Notes under the pieces: model-generated
What the model was told of the DNA's origin: nothing
Database searches by the model: none
What the model saw: only the letters and a program-made list of their open reading frames with translations
NCBI GenBank assembly: GCA_963770935.1
Contig: CAVYRJ010000005.1
Coordinates: forward strand, 1 to 64,000
Length of the DNA: 64,000 nt
Origin: Candidatus Bathyarchaeota archaeon
GTDB taxonomy: Archaea > Thermoproteota > Bathyarchaeia > Bathyarchaeales > Bathycorpusculaceae
Reading direction: 5' to 3'
Shown: in pieces, positions 31,730 to 43,000 of the stretch
Layout of the letters: every line of letters begins with the position of its first letter
Numbering within the stretch: the stretch's first letter is position 1
Position numbers and translations under genes: made by a program

Positions 31730-32491
31730 TTATTCTTTTATGGTATTTACTAATTTCTTAACCTGCTCAATGATGTGCTGATTTATTTTTTTTCCTTTTT
31801 TCACTGATGCTACCGTTGGGTCCCCGTTTACTCCACTTGGAAAGTAAAGTTCAGGATGCGCAAGAACTTCAAAACGGGGTATCTGCCAAACACTAGCTTC
31901 GCCTTTTGTTTTTACCAATTCAGGTTTGATTGCCATCATACGAGAAGTTTCAAGGGTGCCTGCATGCCCGTCGTTTATGTCAGCGTATTTGGGTGTTAAT
32001 TCTTGTGTGAAGTCAAAATCAGATAAAACCATAATCCGAGTTTTCTTTTGATCCCCTTCTTCTTGGGTTTTAATTATAACATCCTGCGCCGCAAGCCTTA
32101 ATGCAACCATGTGTGAGTTCCCAGCATGGCCACTTAGAACGATAATCCGTTTGAAGCCATTGCGGACTAACTCCGAGAGAACATCGTGTGCTACCTTAAA
32201 GAGCGTGTCGAACTGTATGGTTAAAGTTCCTGGAAAGTTGCGTGTGGCATTGCAGATGCCGTACTTGAACGGCGGCGCAACCAAGCATCCTGTTTTCTTT
32301 GCGACTTCAAGAGCGACGTACTCGGGTTGGATGCTGTCAGTGCAAAGGGGTAGGTGGTCGCCGTGCTCTTCAACGCTCCCCACAGGAAAAATCACGACGG
32401 CGCCCTCTTTTGCGGCTTGTGCTGCTTCTTTGGTGCTTAATTCATCAAGCCACAAGTATTGCTGCTTTTCGAGTTCATGACTTTTTGTCAT
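31730..32491 (-). CDS. Creatininase-family amidohydrolase
   Basis: PVGSVEEHGDHLPLCTD, SGHAGN, HAGTLETS. Confidence 0.92.
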   Translation of the reverse strand: MTKSHELEKQQYLWLDELSTKEAAQAAKEGAVVIFPVGSVEEHGDHLPLCTDSIQPEYVALEVAKKTGCLVAPPFKYGICNATRNFPGTLTIQFDTLFKVAHDVLSELVRNGFKRIIVLSGHAGNSHMVALRLAAQDVIIKTQEEGDQKKTRIMVLSDFDFTQELTPKYADINDGHAGTLETSRMMAIKPELVKTKGEASVWQIPRFEVLAHPELYFPSGVNGDPTVASVKKGKKINQHIIEQVKKLVNTIKE

Positions 32492-32789
32492 AGGTGTAAG
32501 GGAGCGAACGCTCTTTTTCTATCTTGCGGAAGAGTTGGTTACTGTTTTTGGTTTGACGGGTGAGATTGTATTAGGATTTCAATAACTATCAGGGCTAATT
32601 TCAGTTATTTTCATTAGGTTATGCTATTTATGGAAACTTCTATTTGTTAATCTGTAATTCGCCAGAGTTGATCTAAAGGTGCCTCTTTTTAGATAACTAT
32701 TTATTATGCTTTCTGGTTTTGAGTGTTTTGCTTGGTAATCTGGCAATTGCTTTTACCAAAAAAATATGAATTAAAGGAAAAGGAAAAAA

Positions 32790-35465
32790 ATGAAATTATC
32801 AAACAAAAATCTACTAAACAAAACTATGACATCTTTGATTGCAGCAATTTTGATATTGACTATCTCGATCACAATTATTGCTTTACCGGCTGTTAGCGCA
32901 CATACTCCACCACAAAACGTCAAAACCTACGCATTCGTCACTGCTACACCTAGCCCGGCGGGCGTGGGCCAACAAGTTTTAATTGTGTTCTGGCTCAACA
33001 TGTATCCGCCAACCGCTGGAGGTACCACAGGAGACAGATGGCAAGGTTTTAAGATTGACGTCACAAAACCAAATGGCGACGTTGATCACTTAGGACCATT
33101 TGTATCCGACCCAGTTGGATCTGCATTCACCTCATACATACCGACAGAAATTGGAGAATACAAAGTTGATTTCAGCTTCCCCGGACAAGTATTGCAAGCA
33201 GCTGGCTACACAGGTCTGCTTGGACCTAGCGCGAACAACGCTTATGTAAACGACACTTTCTTGCCTAGTACGGCAAATACAACTTTCATTGTACAACAAG
33301 ATGCAATACCACTCTGGACGCAGCCTCCACTTCCAGTTAGCTACTGGGAACGCCCCATAGATACAATGAACACCCAATGGTATGTCCTTGGATCCCACTG
33401 GTTAGGCCAAAGCGAACAAGGCTTAAACTACCTCAGATACAATGCAGCGGGAAGAGCACCAAGCACAGCACACGTAATGTGGACAAAACCGATTTCTTTT
33501 GGAGGAATAGTTGGAGGAACCAACCTTAATACCCCTGACGTAAACTTCTACTCAGGCACTGCATACCAATTCAGATTCGCTAACCCACTAATTCTTTACG
33601 GAAGACTCTTCTACAGTCTACCCCTAGCCAACAGCCCAACTGGAGGCGGATACGCTAGTGTAGATCTGCGAACAGGGGAAACAATATGGCAAAAAGACAT
33701 CCCATCTCCATCATTTGGCCAAATCTTCGACTTTGACTCACCCAATCAACACGGAGCCAACCCCAACGGCTACTTATGGATAACAGGAACAGTCACCGGA
33801 ACAGGAATAACTAACCCCAATCCAATTGCGACCTATACAAACGCTAGCTATACCAGCGCCAGTAGTAACTCCACTGCAGTTGTTTCAACATCAGGATGGA
33901 TAGCAATTGACCCAATGACAGGCAGTTTGGTATTTAACGAGACAAACATTCCTTCAGGCACCCGATGGTGGGGACCAAGAGGCGAAGTGATGATTACCAA
34001 CATTGGAAGACAAGACAACAACGCACCTTACACGTATATGTGGCAATGGAACAACACTAAGCTGCCGGGAAATGACGTCGCAGGCGGTATTACTGCATGG
34101 ACACCAGGAAGAACCAACTGGAATATGAGTAAATCTTATGATTGGAACGTGACGCTATCGCAGCCATTACCCGCAGGGTCTAACACAGCCATAATTCATG
34201 TAATGCCAGGTGACTTGGTATTCGGCCGAAGTACATCTTTGAGTTCTGCAGGATCCACTGGAACAAACCAACTTGGAACTCCAGACTACACGTTATGGGC
34301 AGTAAACCTAAACTCGTCAAGAGGACAAATAGGACAAGTTATGTGGATAAGGAACTACACTGGAACACCTGACTTTAACATATTGATTGGACCACGCGAT
34401 CAAAAAACCAATGTCTTCACTACATACTTGAAAGAAACTATGCAATGGAACGGTTACAGCTTGCTAACTGGAGAAAAACTTTGGGGACCAACGGCACCTG
34501 AAGAAGCATTTAACTTCTACGGCGGTACCACAGGACTCACATCTCCATACGCAAGTGGCGACGGTATATTTTACTCAGCTGGCTACTCAGGAGTAGTTTA
34601 CGCATACGATTACCTGACAGGCAAAACCTTGTTTACCTATGGCAATGACATCAACGACCCCAAGAACAACACTAGAACACCTAACACAGCCTACGGCGAT
34701 TATCCATATCAAGTAGCTGCCGTTGCAGATGGCAAAGCCTATTTGATTTCTAGTGAGCACTCTCTTGATGCGCCGCCATTCCTAGGAGCAGAAGCACGAT
34801 GCATTAACGCCACTACCGGTGAAGAAATCTGGAAAATAGTTGGTATGACCAATTGGCAAGAGGTCGCATTAGCAGACGGATACTTCGTATACCTTAACCT
34901 CAACGACATGCGAATATACGCAGTAGGACCAGGACCCAGCGCTACAGCAGTATCGGCATCACCCTCAGTAATAACACACCACGAAGGCGTACTAATCACG
35001 GGCTCAGTTACAGATCAATCACCCAACACGGCGCTAAAAGGAACAGCAGCAATCTCTGACGCAGACCAAGGTCCATGGATGAACTACATGGTCATGAAAA
35101 ACGTTGTAAAGCCAGATGTGAAAGGTGTTGAAGTATCATTAGATACCTATGACCCTAACGGCAACTTTGTCCACATCGCAACAGTGACAAGCGATTCAAG
35201 CGGCATGTTCAAGACAATGTGGACTCCAGAAGTTCCAGGCGAATACACAATAATCGCTACATTCGCAGGGTCTGGATCCTATGGACCATCATCCGCAGAA
35301 ACTGCAGTAGGCGTAGCAGAAGCACATCAAACAACGCCTCCCCCAGGATATCCACAACCAATCGACAACACACAGACAATCGTAATCTCAGCAGTCGCCA
35401 TAATAATCGCGATAATCGTTTCAATGATACTGCTACTTACAATTCTTCTAAAAAGACGTCCTTAG
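32790..35465 (+). CDS. Secreted, C-terminally anchored PQQ-like beta-propeller protein
   Basis: Signal peptide, Ig-like segments, repeated D/N-x-x-TG-x-x-x-W motifs, C-terminal TM followed by KRR. Confidence 0.8.
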   Translation: MKLSNKNLLNKTMTSLIAAILILTISITIIALPAVSAHTPPQNVKTYAFVTATPSPAGVGQQVLIVFWLNMYPPTAGGTTGDRWQGFKIDVTKPNGDVDHLGPFVSDPVGSAFTSYIPTEIGEYKVDFSFPGQVLQAAGYTGLLGPSANNAYVNDTFLPSTANTTFIVQQDAIPLWTQPPLPVSYWERPIDTMNTQWYVLGSHWLGQSEQGLNYLRYNAAGRAPSTAHVMWTKPISFGGIVGGTNLNTPDVNFYSGTAYQFRFANPLILYGRLFYSLPLANSPTGGGYASVDLRTGETIWQKDIPSPSFGQIFDFDSPNQHGANPNGYLWITGTVTGTGITNPNPIATYTNASYTSASSNSTAVVSTSGWIAIDPMTGSLVFNETNIPSGTRWWGPRGEVMITNIGRQDNNAPYTYMWQWNNTKLPGNDVAGGITAWTPGRTNWNMSKSYDWNVTLSQPLPAGSNTAIIHVMPGDLVFGRSTSLSSAGSTGTNQLGTPDYTLWAVNLNSSRGQIGQVMWIRNYTGTPDFNILIGPRDQKTNVFTTYLKETMQWNGYSLLTGEKLWGPTAPEEAFNFYGGTTGLTSPYASGDGIFYSAGYSGVVYAYDYLTGKTLFTYGNDINDPKNNTRTPNTAYGDYPYQVAAVADGKAYLISSEHSLDAPPFLGAEARCINATTGEEIWKIVGMTNWQEVALADGYFVYLNLNDMRIYAVGPGPSATAVSASPSVITHHEGVLITGSVTDQSPNTALKGTAAISDADQGPWMNYMVMKNVVKPDVKGVEVSLDTYDPNGNFVHIATVTSDSSGMFKTMWTPEVPGEYTIIATFAGSGSYGPSSAETAVGVAEAHQTTPPPGYPQPIDNTQTIVISAVAIIIAIIVSMILLLTILLKRRP

Positions 35466-35626
35466 CTGTTAAAACAAAAAACAAACCAACAATAAATTTC
35501 CTTTCTATTTTTTTATTTTATAACCACGACAGCATTTAGAGAAAAAAACGGTTTTTTAGTCTCAAAAGTTTATCGAAAATATTCAATTTATTTTTCCAAG
35601 CGGGAAAATAGGAAAGAAAGTATGGC

Positions 35627-36097
35627 TCAAAAATCTTCTCTGTTTAGACGGTAGAGAAACCATTCCAGTTGTTTTGCTTTGTTCTTTTCGTAGAATTCTT
35701 GGGCTGTCTTGTTCCACTTCAGTACCGTAAACTCAATTCTACCGCAGCCCTCGCGTTCAGCCACTTTTCTTGCGTATTCGAACATTTTTTTGCCAATGCC
35801 CCGTCTTCTGTATTCTTCAAGGACAAAGATGTCCTCTAGAAAAAGCGTTGGCTGAGCTAGAAAACTTGAGTAAGTGAAGAAATAAATCACATATGCAGCA
35901 GACTTGTTCCCGATTTTTCCAATATACGCCTGATATTTTGGTTTCTCTGATAAGCAGTCAGCACGCAACCTTTTTTTCGCTTCTTCATCCGGTGGAACCA
36001 GTTTCTCGTACTCAGCTAGTTTTTCGATAAGGAGCAAAAAATCATCAAATGTCTCTGAATCAACCTTCTTTATGTTTAATTGGTCTTTATTTTTCAT
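35627..36097 (-). CDS. GNAT N-acetyltransferase (SSAT-like)
   Basis: LAEYEKL, LFLEDIFV..EYRRRGIG, VLKWN..A..FY. Confidence 0.9.
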   Translation of the reverse strand: MKNKDQLNIKKVDSETFDDFLLLIEKLAEYEKLVPPDEEAKKRLRADCLSEKPKYQAYIGKIGNKSAAYVIYFFTYSSFLAQPTLFLEDIFVLEEYRRRGIGKKMFEYARKVAEREGCGRIEFTVLKWNKTAQEFYEKNKAKQLEWFLYRLNREDF

Positions 36098-36213
36098 AAA
36101 GCTAACTGGTTTGTGTTAGAATAAAAATTTTTCAGTTTTAGCCTGTTAGAAGCTATATTTAAGATTTATGCAAATGTTAAATATCAAAAACTCCGACTTA
36201 GTATAAGCCTGAA

Positions 36214-38972
36214 ATGAAAGATATTCAGGTTAAAAGGAGAATGATGGAAATGACGACTTTGAAACGAAAAACTATGGCTTTTTTGATTGCGTTGTTTCTA
36301 ATGTTAACTATTGCTGTTCCACTTATTGCTTTGCCAACAGTCAATGCTGCTGTAAACTACTACCATTCTTACGTTTACGCTATTCCTGCTCCTTACACGT
36401 TAGGTGTTGGTCAACAAATGTTGCTTGTCGCTTGGACAGCAGACATGCCGCAAGATATTGGTGAAACAGCTGGCACCGTCAATAGCCCCACAGGGAGAGC
36501 CGGATGGTACGGCATTCAAATAAACATCACACATCCTGACGGTGAAACGGAGATCGTAGATACGCCTTATAGCGATTCAGCCGGAAGCACTTGGCTAGCT
36601 TACGTTCCCACAAAAGTTGGTGAATACAAGATTCAAGCAATCTTCCCTGAAACGTGGAAAAATGCCACTGCAAATCAATATTGGTATAGCTCCGCCGTCA
36701 GCGAGATACTATCATTTACCGTGCAGGAGGAACCATTACCGCCATGGAATGAGTCACCTATTCCAAACGATTACTGGACTCGCCCAATATACGGTGCAAG
36801 CAGAAACTGGTATGCGCTTGCCGGAAACTGGCTGAGTGGCGCCGCCAACGTATGGCCTGTAGGCGGTGCAGGCGGCACAACTACTTTATTCGGCTACAGT
36901 CAAGGCCCAGAAAGTGCTCACATAATGTGGACAAAGCCGCTTTGGGCAGGAGGCATCATGGACGCAAGAATTGGCAGTATTACCTACACACCAGAGCACT
37001 ACGGAGGTATCACTTTCGTGCCAGTAATCATCCAAGGAAAAATTTACTACCCAGCGCAATATAGCAGCGATATGCGACAAGGCCATTATTGCGTTGATCT
37101 CTATACAGGCGAAACGCTATACCTCAAGAATGCCACTATGCCGTCATTCGGGCAAATCTACCTCTATGACTCGCCCAACCAGCATGGGGGCTTTCCATAC
37201 ATATGGAGGACTTCTGGAATTGAATTGCCCGAAATAGTTCAGGTACCCCGTGCGACACTTGCCAACGACGTCAGACAAATGCCAGTCAGAGTAGCTAGTG
37301 TTCAGACTATAAATAGAACGGCAACGCCGATAAGCACTGGGAATCTTAGGGAGATACTTGACGCACAAACAGGGAACACATTATACTATATAGCTAACGT
37401 TTCTACCACCGGTACAAATGTCTACGGCGAAGACGGAAGCATACTCTACTACAACGCAGCCAACCTAGGCACCACCGCAGAGCCCAAGTACTATTTGACA
37501 GTATGGAACTCTTCTCACGGAACTGTGGTAGCCAGCCAAACTGGATCAGGACTCTGGCAATGGCGGCCTCAGGGCGGGAATTTCGGCGCGTCTAACGCGT
37601 ATCTAGGGGGCTTGCGACGAACTACGTGCATGACGGAAGCGTCTTTTATTCGTTAAACGTGTCAATACCAAGCCTATATGGTCCAAGGAATACCATTATA
37701 AATCAAACGGCCAGCATACAAGCGGTGCGTCAAGACAAATACGTAATCTTTGGAACTGCAGGACGAAACGACGAACGAGGACTTGCTTCAGGCTGGATGA
37801 TGGCTGTCAGTCTAGAACCAGGCAAAGAGGGCACAAAGCTATGGGAGTCCACGTTTACGCCGCCGTTTGCTTCACAAGCAGGCAACGTTAGTGTGAGCCT
37901 TACAGGTGTGTATCCAGAAGACGAGGTTATCCTCTTTTGGTCTGCAAAACTGGTGAAACGGTGGGCTTATGACCTAAAAACAGGGCAGCTACTCTGGGAA
38001 AGTAAACCTGAAAATCCAATGAACTACCATATGTACACAGTGACCAATGTCTACCAAGGCAAGCTCATCACCACTGGCACCAGCGGAGAAGTGCTCGCCT
38101 ATAACGTAACGACAGGCGAAATAGTGTGGAAGTACGAAGCCGATTTCGACTTTCTTTCTGAATCTCCCTATGGTCATTCGCCACTTGTAATATCCTGTAT
38201 TGCTGACGGAAAAATCTATACGGGACACACTTTTTGGGGCGTTAATCCTGGATGGCGCGATTATATACGCTGCATCAACGCATCAAACGGAGAGGAACTA
38301 TGGAGAATACTATATCTTGGAAGGACAGGCGGCACCGCGGGTCAGCTTTACGTTGCAGACGGCTTTGTTGTAGGCCTCAATTACTTTGACAATCAGATAT
38401 ACTGCTTCGGTAGGGGTCCAAGCGCCACCACCGTTACGGCTTCACCGGAAGCTTCAGTGCATGGAAGCAGCGTTCTTGTTAAAGGCACGGTGACTGATCA
38501 GTCTCAGTCAGGCAGACGCACCACCAATGATCGAATAGACTTCACGTTGAAGGGAACTCCAGCAATATCCGAAGAAGACATGGGCAAATGGATGGAATAC
38601 CTGTTCATGCAGCAAGCATATCCGGAAGACGCGAAAGGCGTTGAAGTAGTCTTAGAGGTGCTTGACCCAAACAACAACCTATACGAGATCGGCAGAACCA
38701 CAAGCGACATTACGGGCACTTATGGCTATGCGTTTGAGCCGCAAGTTCCAGGCACCTACCAGATCATGGCAACCTTCAAGGGATCAGCATCCTACGGACC
38801 TTCTTTTGCAACAACATACATTCATGTGGACGAAGCACCTGAGCCTGATCCAACGCCAACATCACAACCAGCAACTATAGCCGACATGTACTTAGTGCCT
38901 GGCGTAATAGGCATAATCATCACAATCATCGTAGTCGGAATATTAATCATGCTGATGCTCAGAAAACGGTAA
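36214..38972 (+). CDS. Second PQQ-like beta-propeller surface protein (frameshift at ~37610)
   Basis: Paralog of 32790-35465 (YWTRPI, AHIMWTKP, SPNQHG, GPSATTV, GTPAIS). Confidence 0.8.
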
Positions 38973-39213
38973 ACCCACAACGAAAAACGCACAACCACTC
39001 TCCCCTTTTTTAATCTAAGCCCTGAATTGTCAGGATTCCTCTATCCAGCTTTGTTAGCAGTCCAGTTTGCCTTTCAGTGCAGTTAGCCATTACCCCTTTT
39101 TGCAAGGCAAATAATCAACGCGACTATGCTTTAAGGGAACCTTACACAGCAACTGCGGTAACTAATCAAAGAAGAGGATTCGATTTAATGAGAATCACCT
39201 ATATGCAAACAAG

Positions 39214-39288
39214 CGGGTCCGACGGGAATTGAACCCGCGACCCCCGGATTAAAAGTCCGGTGCTCTAGCCTGACTGAGCTACGGACCC
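39214..39288 (-). tRNA. tRNA-Lys (anticodon UUU), intronless, CCA not encoded
   Basis: Acceptor stem GGGTCCG/CGGACCC; anticodon arm CCGGA-CTTTTAA-TCCGG; T arm GCGGG-TTCAATT-CCCGT. Confidence 0.96.
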
Positions 39289-39368
39289 GCAAAGATTCGT
39301 TGCGGCTGATAGGAAAACACGAAGGGGTTTTTTAGTATTTCTATTGAATTAGCGATAAAAAGAGACTG

Positions 39369-39740
39369 TTAATGGGGTGTTTGGGCTTTGAGGATTGTTG
39401 ACATGAAACCTTTGATTTTATCGTGTGAGCCAAGGATGGCTGCGATGGTTTTGGCGCCTTTTTCAGTGAGTTTGTATACTCTTTTTCGTTCAATCCAGAT
39501 TCCTTCCACTAAACCGTTTCGTTCAAGGGAGTAGAGTAGGGAGTAGACTGTGCCTGAGCTGGCGAGGAAGCTGAATTTGTTGTGTATGAATGAGATTGCG
39601 TCGTATCCGCTTATGGGTCCATTTTGGAGTTCAGCCATTATTATGGTGTCCATGAAGCTTTTTATTACGCGTTCGTGCATTTTTTTGATTATTCTTGCTT
39701 CGGATTTTTCCCCGTTTACTGTGATTGTTAGTGCTACCAT
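39369..39740 (-). CDS. PadR-family transcriptional regulator
   Basis: SGYD...SSGTVYSLLYSLERNGLV...RVYKLTEKG. Confidence 0.9.
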   Translation of the reverse strand: MVALTITVNGEKSEARIIKKMHERVIKSFMDTIIMAELQNGPISGYDAISFIHNKFSFLASSGTVYSLLYSLERNGLVEGIWIERKRVYKLTEKGAKTIAAILGSHDKIKGFMSTILKAQTPH

Positions 39741-40154
39741 GTTTTTTGCTCCTGGATATTGTTTATTCGTGTTTAGATATATAACTATTATTCAGATTTG
39801 GAATAAAAAGTTATAACAAAAACAAAAAGTATAAACAAAATAGACTCCTGAATGCCTAGAAACCCCTCTCAAGACGGAAAAAACCGTTAAAAATTGTTCA
39901 GACAAGTTTTCATATATGGCTACATAATATGCAGGTCAATGCGTAATAGTTTACATAGAAGTGTTATCTTATTTGCCTTAATTTCATGAAAAATTTCACT
40001 ATTTATATACATAAACCAATACAAAGACAACCTGTTTTTACTTTAAAATTTCCATTTTTCTGCTCAATCACACGAATTTATTAGTTAGCGATATATGTGC
40101 ATGTTAACAAACGTTAATTCTCATTTTACGTATGGATGCTACGGTGCCCTAAAC

Positions 40155-42125
40155 GTGATTTCATGGAAATATACATTTAAACGATTAAATGAAGAATACG
40201 AAATAGCCAACAAAAAGAAGCAAGCCTTAGATAACCTTTTTGAAACAGGCAAAATCTCACAAGCTACACGTGATTCATTCACCGGCGACATCAGCGCAGC
40301 AATAGCTGAAATCGAAAAACAGCGCAAAGACCTTGCCGAAAAGATGAATGCAAAAACCCAAGAACTTGAAGGCCAACTTAAAACATTAGAAATGCTTCTC
40401 GCTAACTACGAAATTCAGCATGTTGTTGGAGAAATAGATGAAGATAGTTACGTACGAGAGATAAACCTCCTCGGAACCACCCTTCAGACAACCCGAAATG
40501 AACTAGATGTGATAAAACAAGCAATAAACCAATTATTTCCCATAGAACCAGCTATCCAAACGCCAGCTGCTCCCGAAACAGTTGCTCAAGTAATCGAAGC
40601 TCCAATTATTCAACCAACGGCGGTAGAAGCGGTCCCTTTAGAGGTCCCAGTGGAAGCTACACCTGTTGAGACAGCCCCTATTATAGAAGCTTGTCCTGTT
40701 GAGGAAGTTGCAATCGAAACTTCTCCAGCAGAAACTCCTGTAGCCGAAGTAGCTCCAATTGAGTGTGCTCCAGCAGAGACTGCTCCAGTTGAAGCAGCCC
40801 CGGTAGAAGCGGTCCCTTTAGAGGCCCCAGTGGAAGCTCCAGTTGAGCAAGCCACAATCGAAGCCCCAGTTGAAGTCGCTCCAATAGTCGAAAGCATACC
40901 TCTTGTTGAAGAAGCTAAAATTGTTGAAGCTCCAACGATTGAAACTCCAATTGTAGAGGGAACCGCTCCAATTGTTGAAGAATCTGCGCCAGTTGAAGCT
41001 GCCCCAATTGTCGAAGCTCCAGTTGTTGAGGCTCCTGCAGTTGAAACTCCAGCTGAAGCTCCAGCAACAGAAGCATCAATTGCAGAGGCTCCAATCATCG
41101 AGACCCCAGCAGTTGAAGCACCCATAATCGAAGCCGCTCCAATAGTCGAAACGCCAGTTGAAGCTCCCATTCAAGTCGTCGAAGAAGCTCCAGCAGAAGT
41201 GGTCGAAGAAGCAGCCCCAGTTGAAGTCGCTCCAATCGAGACAGCTCCAATAGTGGAAGCTGCTCCAGTTGAGCAAGCCCCAATTGAAGCTACACCAGTA
41301 GAAGTAGCACCCACAATTGAAGAAACTCCCGCAGTTGAAGTAGTTGCAGAGGCAGATCCAATAGTTGAGATAGCTCCAGTTGTTGAAGAAACAGCTCCAG
41401 CCATCGAGGAAGCCGCTCCAGTAGAGGTTGTGCCAGTTGAAGTTGTTCAAATTGAGCAAGCTCCAGTTGTTGAGGCTCCTGCAGTTGAAACTCCAGCTGA
41501 AGCTCCAGCAACAGAAGCATCAATTGCAGAGGCTCCAATCATCGAGACCCCAGCAGTTGAAGCACCCATAATCGAAGCCGCTCCAATAGTCGAAACGCCA
41601 GTTGAAGCTCCAGCACCAGTCATCGAAGAAACTCAGGTCATTGAAGCAGCCCTAGTGCAAGAAGCTCCAGTTGTTGAAGCTGCGCCTGAAGCAGTAATCG
41701 CTGAGCCAGCAGTTCAAGAAATAGTTGCCGAAGCTCCAGTTGAAGCCGCTCCAATCGAGCAGCCAATCATCACGGTCGAGGAAGCTCCAGCAATTGAAAC
41801 TCTATTTGTAGAAGCTCCAGCAGTTGAAGCCCCAGCAGAAATAGTCGCTCCAACCGAACCAATTGTAGAAGCAGCTCAAGAGCAACCAACAGTGGAAGCT
41901 CCACTTCAAGCATTCGAAGTAACCGAGCCAACAACAGTTGAAACTACCCTTGAAAAAGTCTTAGAAGAACCAGCAATAGAAACTGTTTCCTTGGTGGAGG
42001 AGGCCCACATTCCAGCCCACCCTTCAGAAGCGCCCCCGGCGGCGCATTCGGAAGTAACAGCGGAAGCGGACAACAGCGACCAAACCCCCCAAGCAGAAGA
42101 AAGCGAAGAAAACACAACTGAATAA
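40155..42125 (+). CDS. CdvA-like coiled-coil protein with very long acidic Ala/Pro/Glu/Val tail
   Basis: N-terminal coiled coil with KKKQALDNLFETGKIS and EIQHVVGEIDE; the rest is EAPV-type repeats; GTG start at 40155 is in frame. Confidence 0.7.
   Translation: MISWKYTFKRLNEEYEIANKKKQALDNLFETGKISQATRDSFTGDISAAIAEIEKQRKDLAEKMNAKTQELEGQLKTLEMLLANYEIQHVVGEIDEDSYVREINLLGTTLQTTRNELDVIKQAINQLFPIEPAIQTPAAPETVAQVIEAPIIQPTAVEAVPLEVPVEATPVETAPIIEACPVEEVAIETSPAETPVAEVAPIECAPAETAPVEAAPVEAVPLEAPVEAPVEQATIEAPVEVAPIVESIPLVEEAKIVEAPTIETPIVEGTAPIVEESAPVEAAPIVEAPVVEAPAVETPAEAPATEASIAEAPIIETPAVEAPIIEAAPIVETPVEAPIQVVEEAPAEVVEEAAPVEVAPIETAPIVEAAPVEQAPIEATPVEVAPTIEETPAVEVVAEADPIVEIAPVVEETAPAIEEAAPVEVVPVEVVQIEQAPVVEAPAVETPAEAPATEASIAEAPIIETPAVEAPIIEAAPIVETPVEAPAPVIEETQVIEAALVQEAPVVEAAPEAVIAEPAVQEIVAEAPVEAAPIEQPIITVEEAPAIETLFVEAPAVEAPAEIVAPTEPIVEAAQEQPTVEAPLQAFEVTEPTTVETTLEKVLEEPAIETVSLVEEAHIPAHPSEAPPAAHSEVTAEADNSDQTPQAEESEENTTE
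41014..41611 (+). repeat. Exact 154-bp intragenic duplication (41014-41167 and 41458-41611)
   Basis: Identical by direct comparison; offset of 444 nt keeps it in frame. Confidence 0.85.
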
Positions 42126-42265
42126 AACAAATTCGTAGTCTTCTTTCTTTATTTTTTTATTTTCTCTTATTATCTTGATTCATATATTCCATTTTTTGAA
42201 TTTGTAATTTCATTATTCCCTACAATAAGGGAAAGCTCTCGTGGTCTGAAAAAAAATTGCATAGC

Positions 42266-43000
42266 TTATTTTTCTAGTTGTGACCTAATCAGGTTTATGG
42301 CTGACCAAGCTGCAAGAGCGCTGGTGTGAGGGTTGTCAGGGTGGGGGTCATTGGCAAACCGCATAGTCATTTCACCGTACCGCCATTTAACTTGGATTTC
42401 GTGAGTATTGCGTTTAACAGTTGGGTCAGAGACCACTTGCACTTTTACTTTGGCAGGCTTAACTGTTAGCGCCAACGTTGCTGCAACGTTCATTTCCCGT
42501 GGGAACTGTCTTGCGGCTTCCTCTGCGTAGCCCTCATAGACGGTTTCTTCTTGGCTATTGGTTTTTCCAAGGGCTTTGGGAGGCTTGCGAGTAGTCAACG
42601 TGACCTGGTCGATTCCAGCTAAAGCAGCAGGAGAGATCGCGTCTAATCCTCCGATGGCGCCTGAGGGAAAGTGCAGTTTAGGGGTGTTTGTGTTTAGATC
42701 TAAGAGTGCACCCGTGCTCATGACGATGAAGTCAACGTTTGCTGCTAAAATTTTGTTGTAGTATTCCCGTACGGCTTGCTGGGATGCTGCCTCAACAACT
42801 ATTGCCGGCTTGGACAAAAGCAACTCCTCTACGTTTGACACAATTTTTACCGGGAATTCTAATGCTTCTTTGAGCTTCTCTGCTTTTGCCGCATCCATAT
42901 CGAAAATTACCAGTTCATCACAGACCACTATCTTGCGCTCGATAGCTTCAGCTAAAACTGTTCCAATTGCACCACAGCCAATCAACCCGACACGTTTCAT
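42266..43000 (-). CDS. nadX: L-aspartate dehydrogenase
   Basis: GCGAIG, VVEAAS, SGAIGGLD, TRKPP, FPREMNVAA, NPHTSALA. Confidence 0.88.
   Translation of the reverse strand: MKRVGLIGCGAIGTVLAEAIERKIVVCDELVIFDMDAAKAEKLKEALEFPVKIVSNVEELLLSKPAIVVEAASQQAVREYYNKILAANVDFIVMSTGALLDLNTNTPKLHFPSGAIGGLDAISPAALAGIDQVTLTTRKPPKALGKTNSQEETVYEGYAEEAARQFPREMNVAATLALTVKPAKVKVQVVSDPTVKRNTHEIQVKWRYGEMTMRFANDPHPDNPHTSALAAWSAINLIRSQLEK

Noticed and set aside
39000-39300. tRNA-Lys as an integration site for an island
   Set aside because: No integrase and no duplicated tRNA 3' end were seen in the window
40610-41538. Multiple antisense ORFs over the CdvA-like tail and other genes
   Set aside because: Shadow ORFs arising from codon bias on the coding strand
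40560-41960. Recurring CCAGTTGAAGC units resembling a CRISPR array
   Set aside because: Units are degenerate, codon-phased and irregularly spaced within a coding repeat; no cas genes
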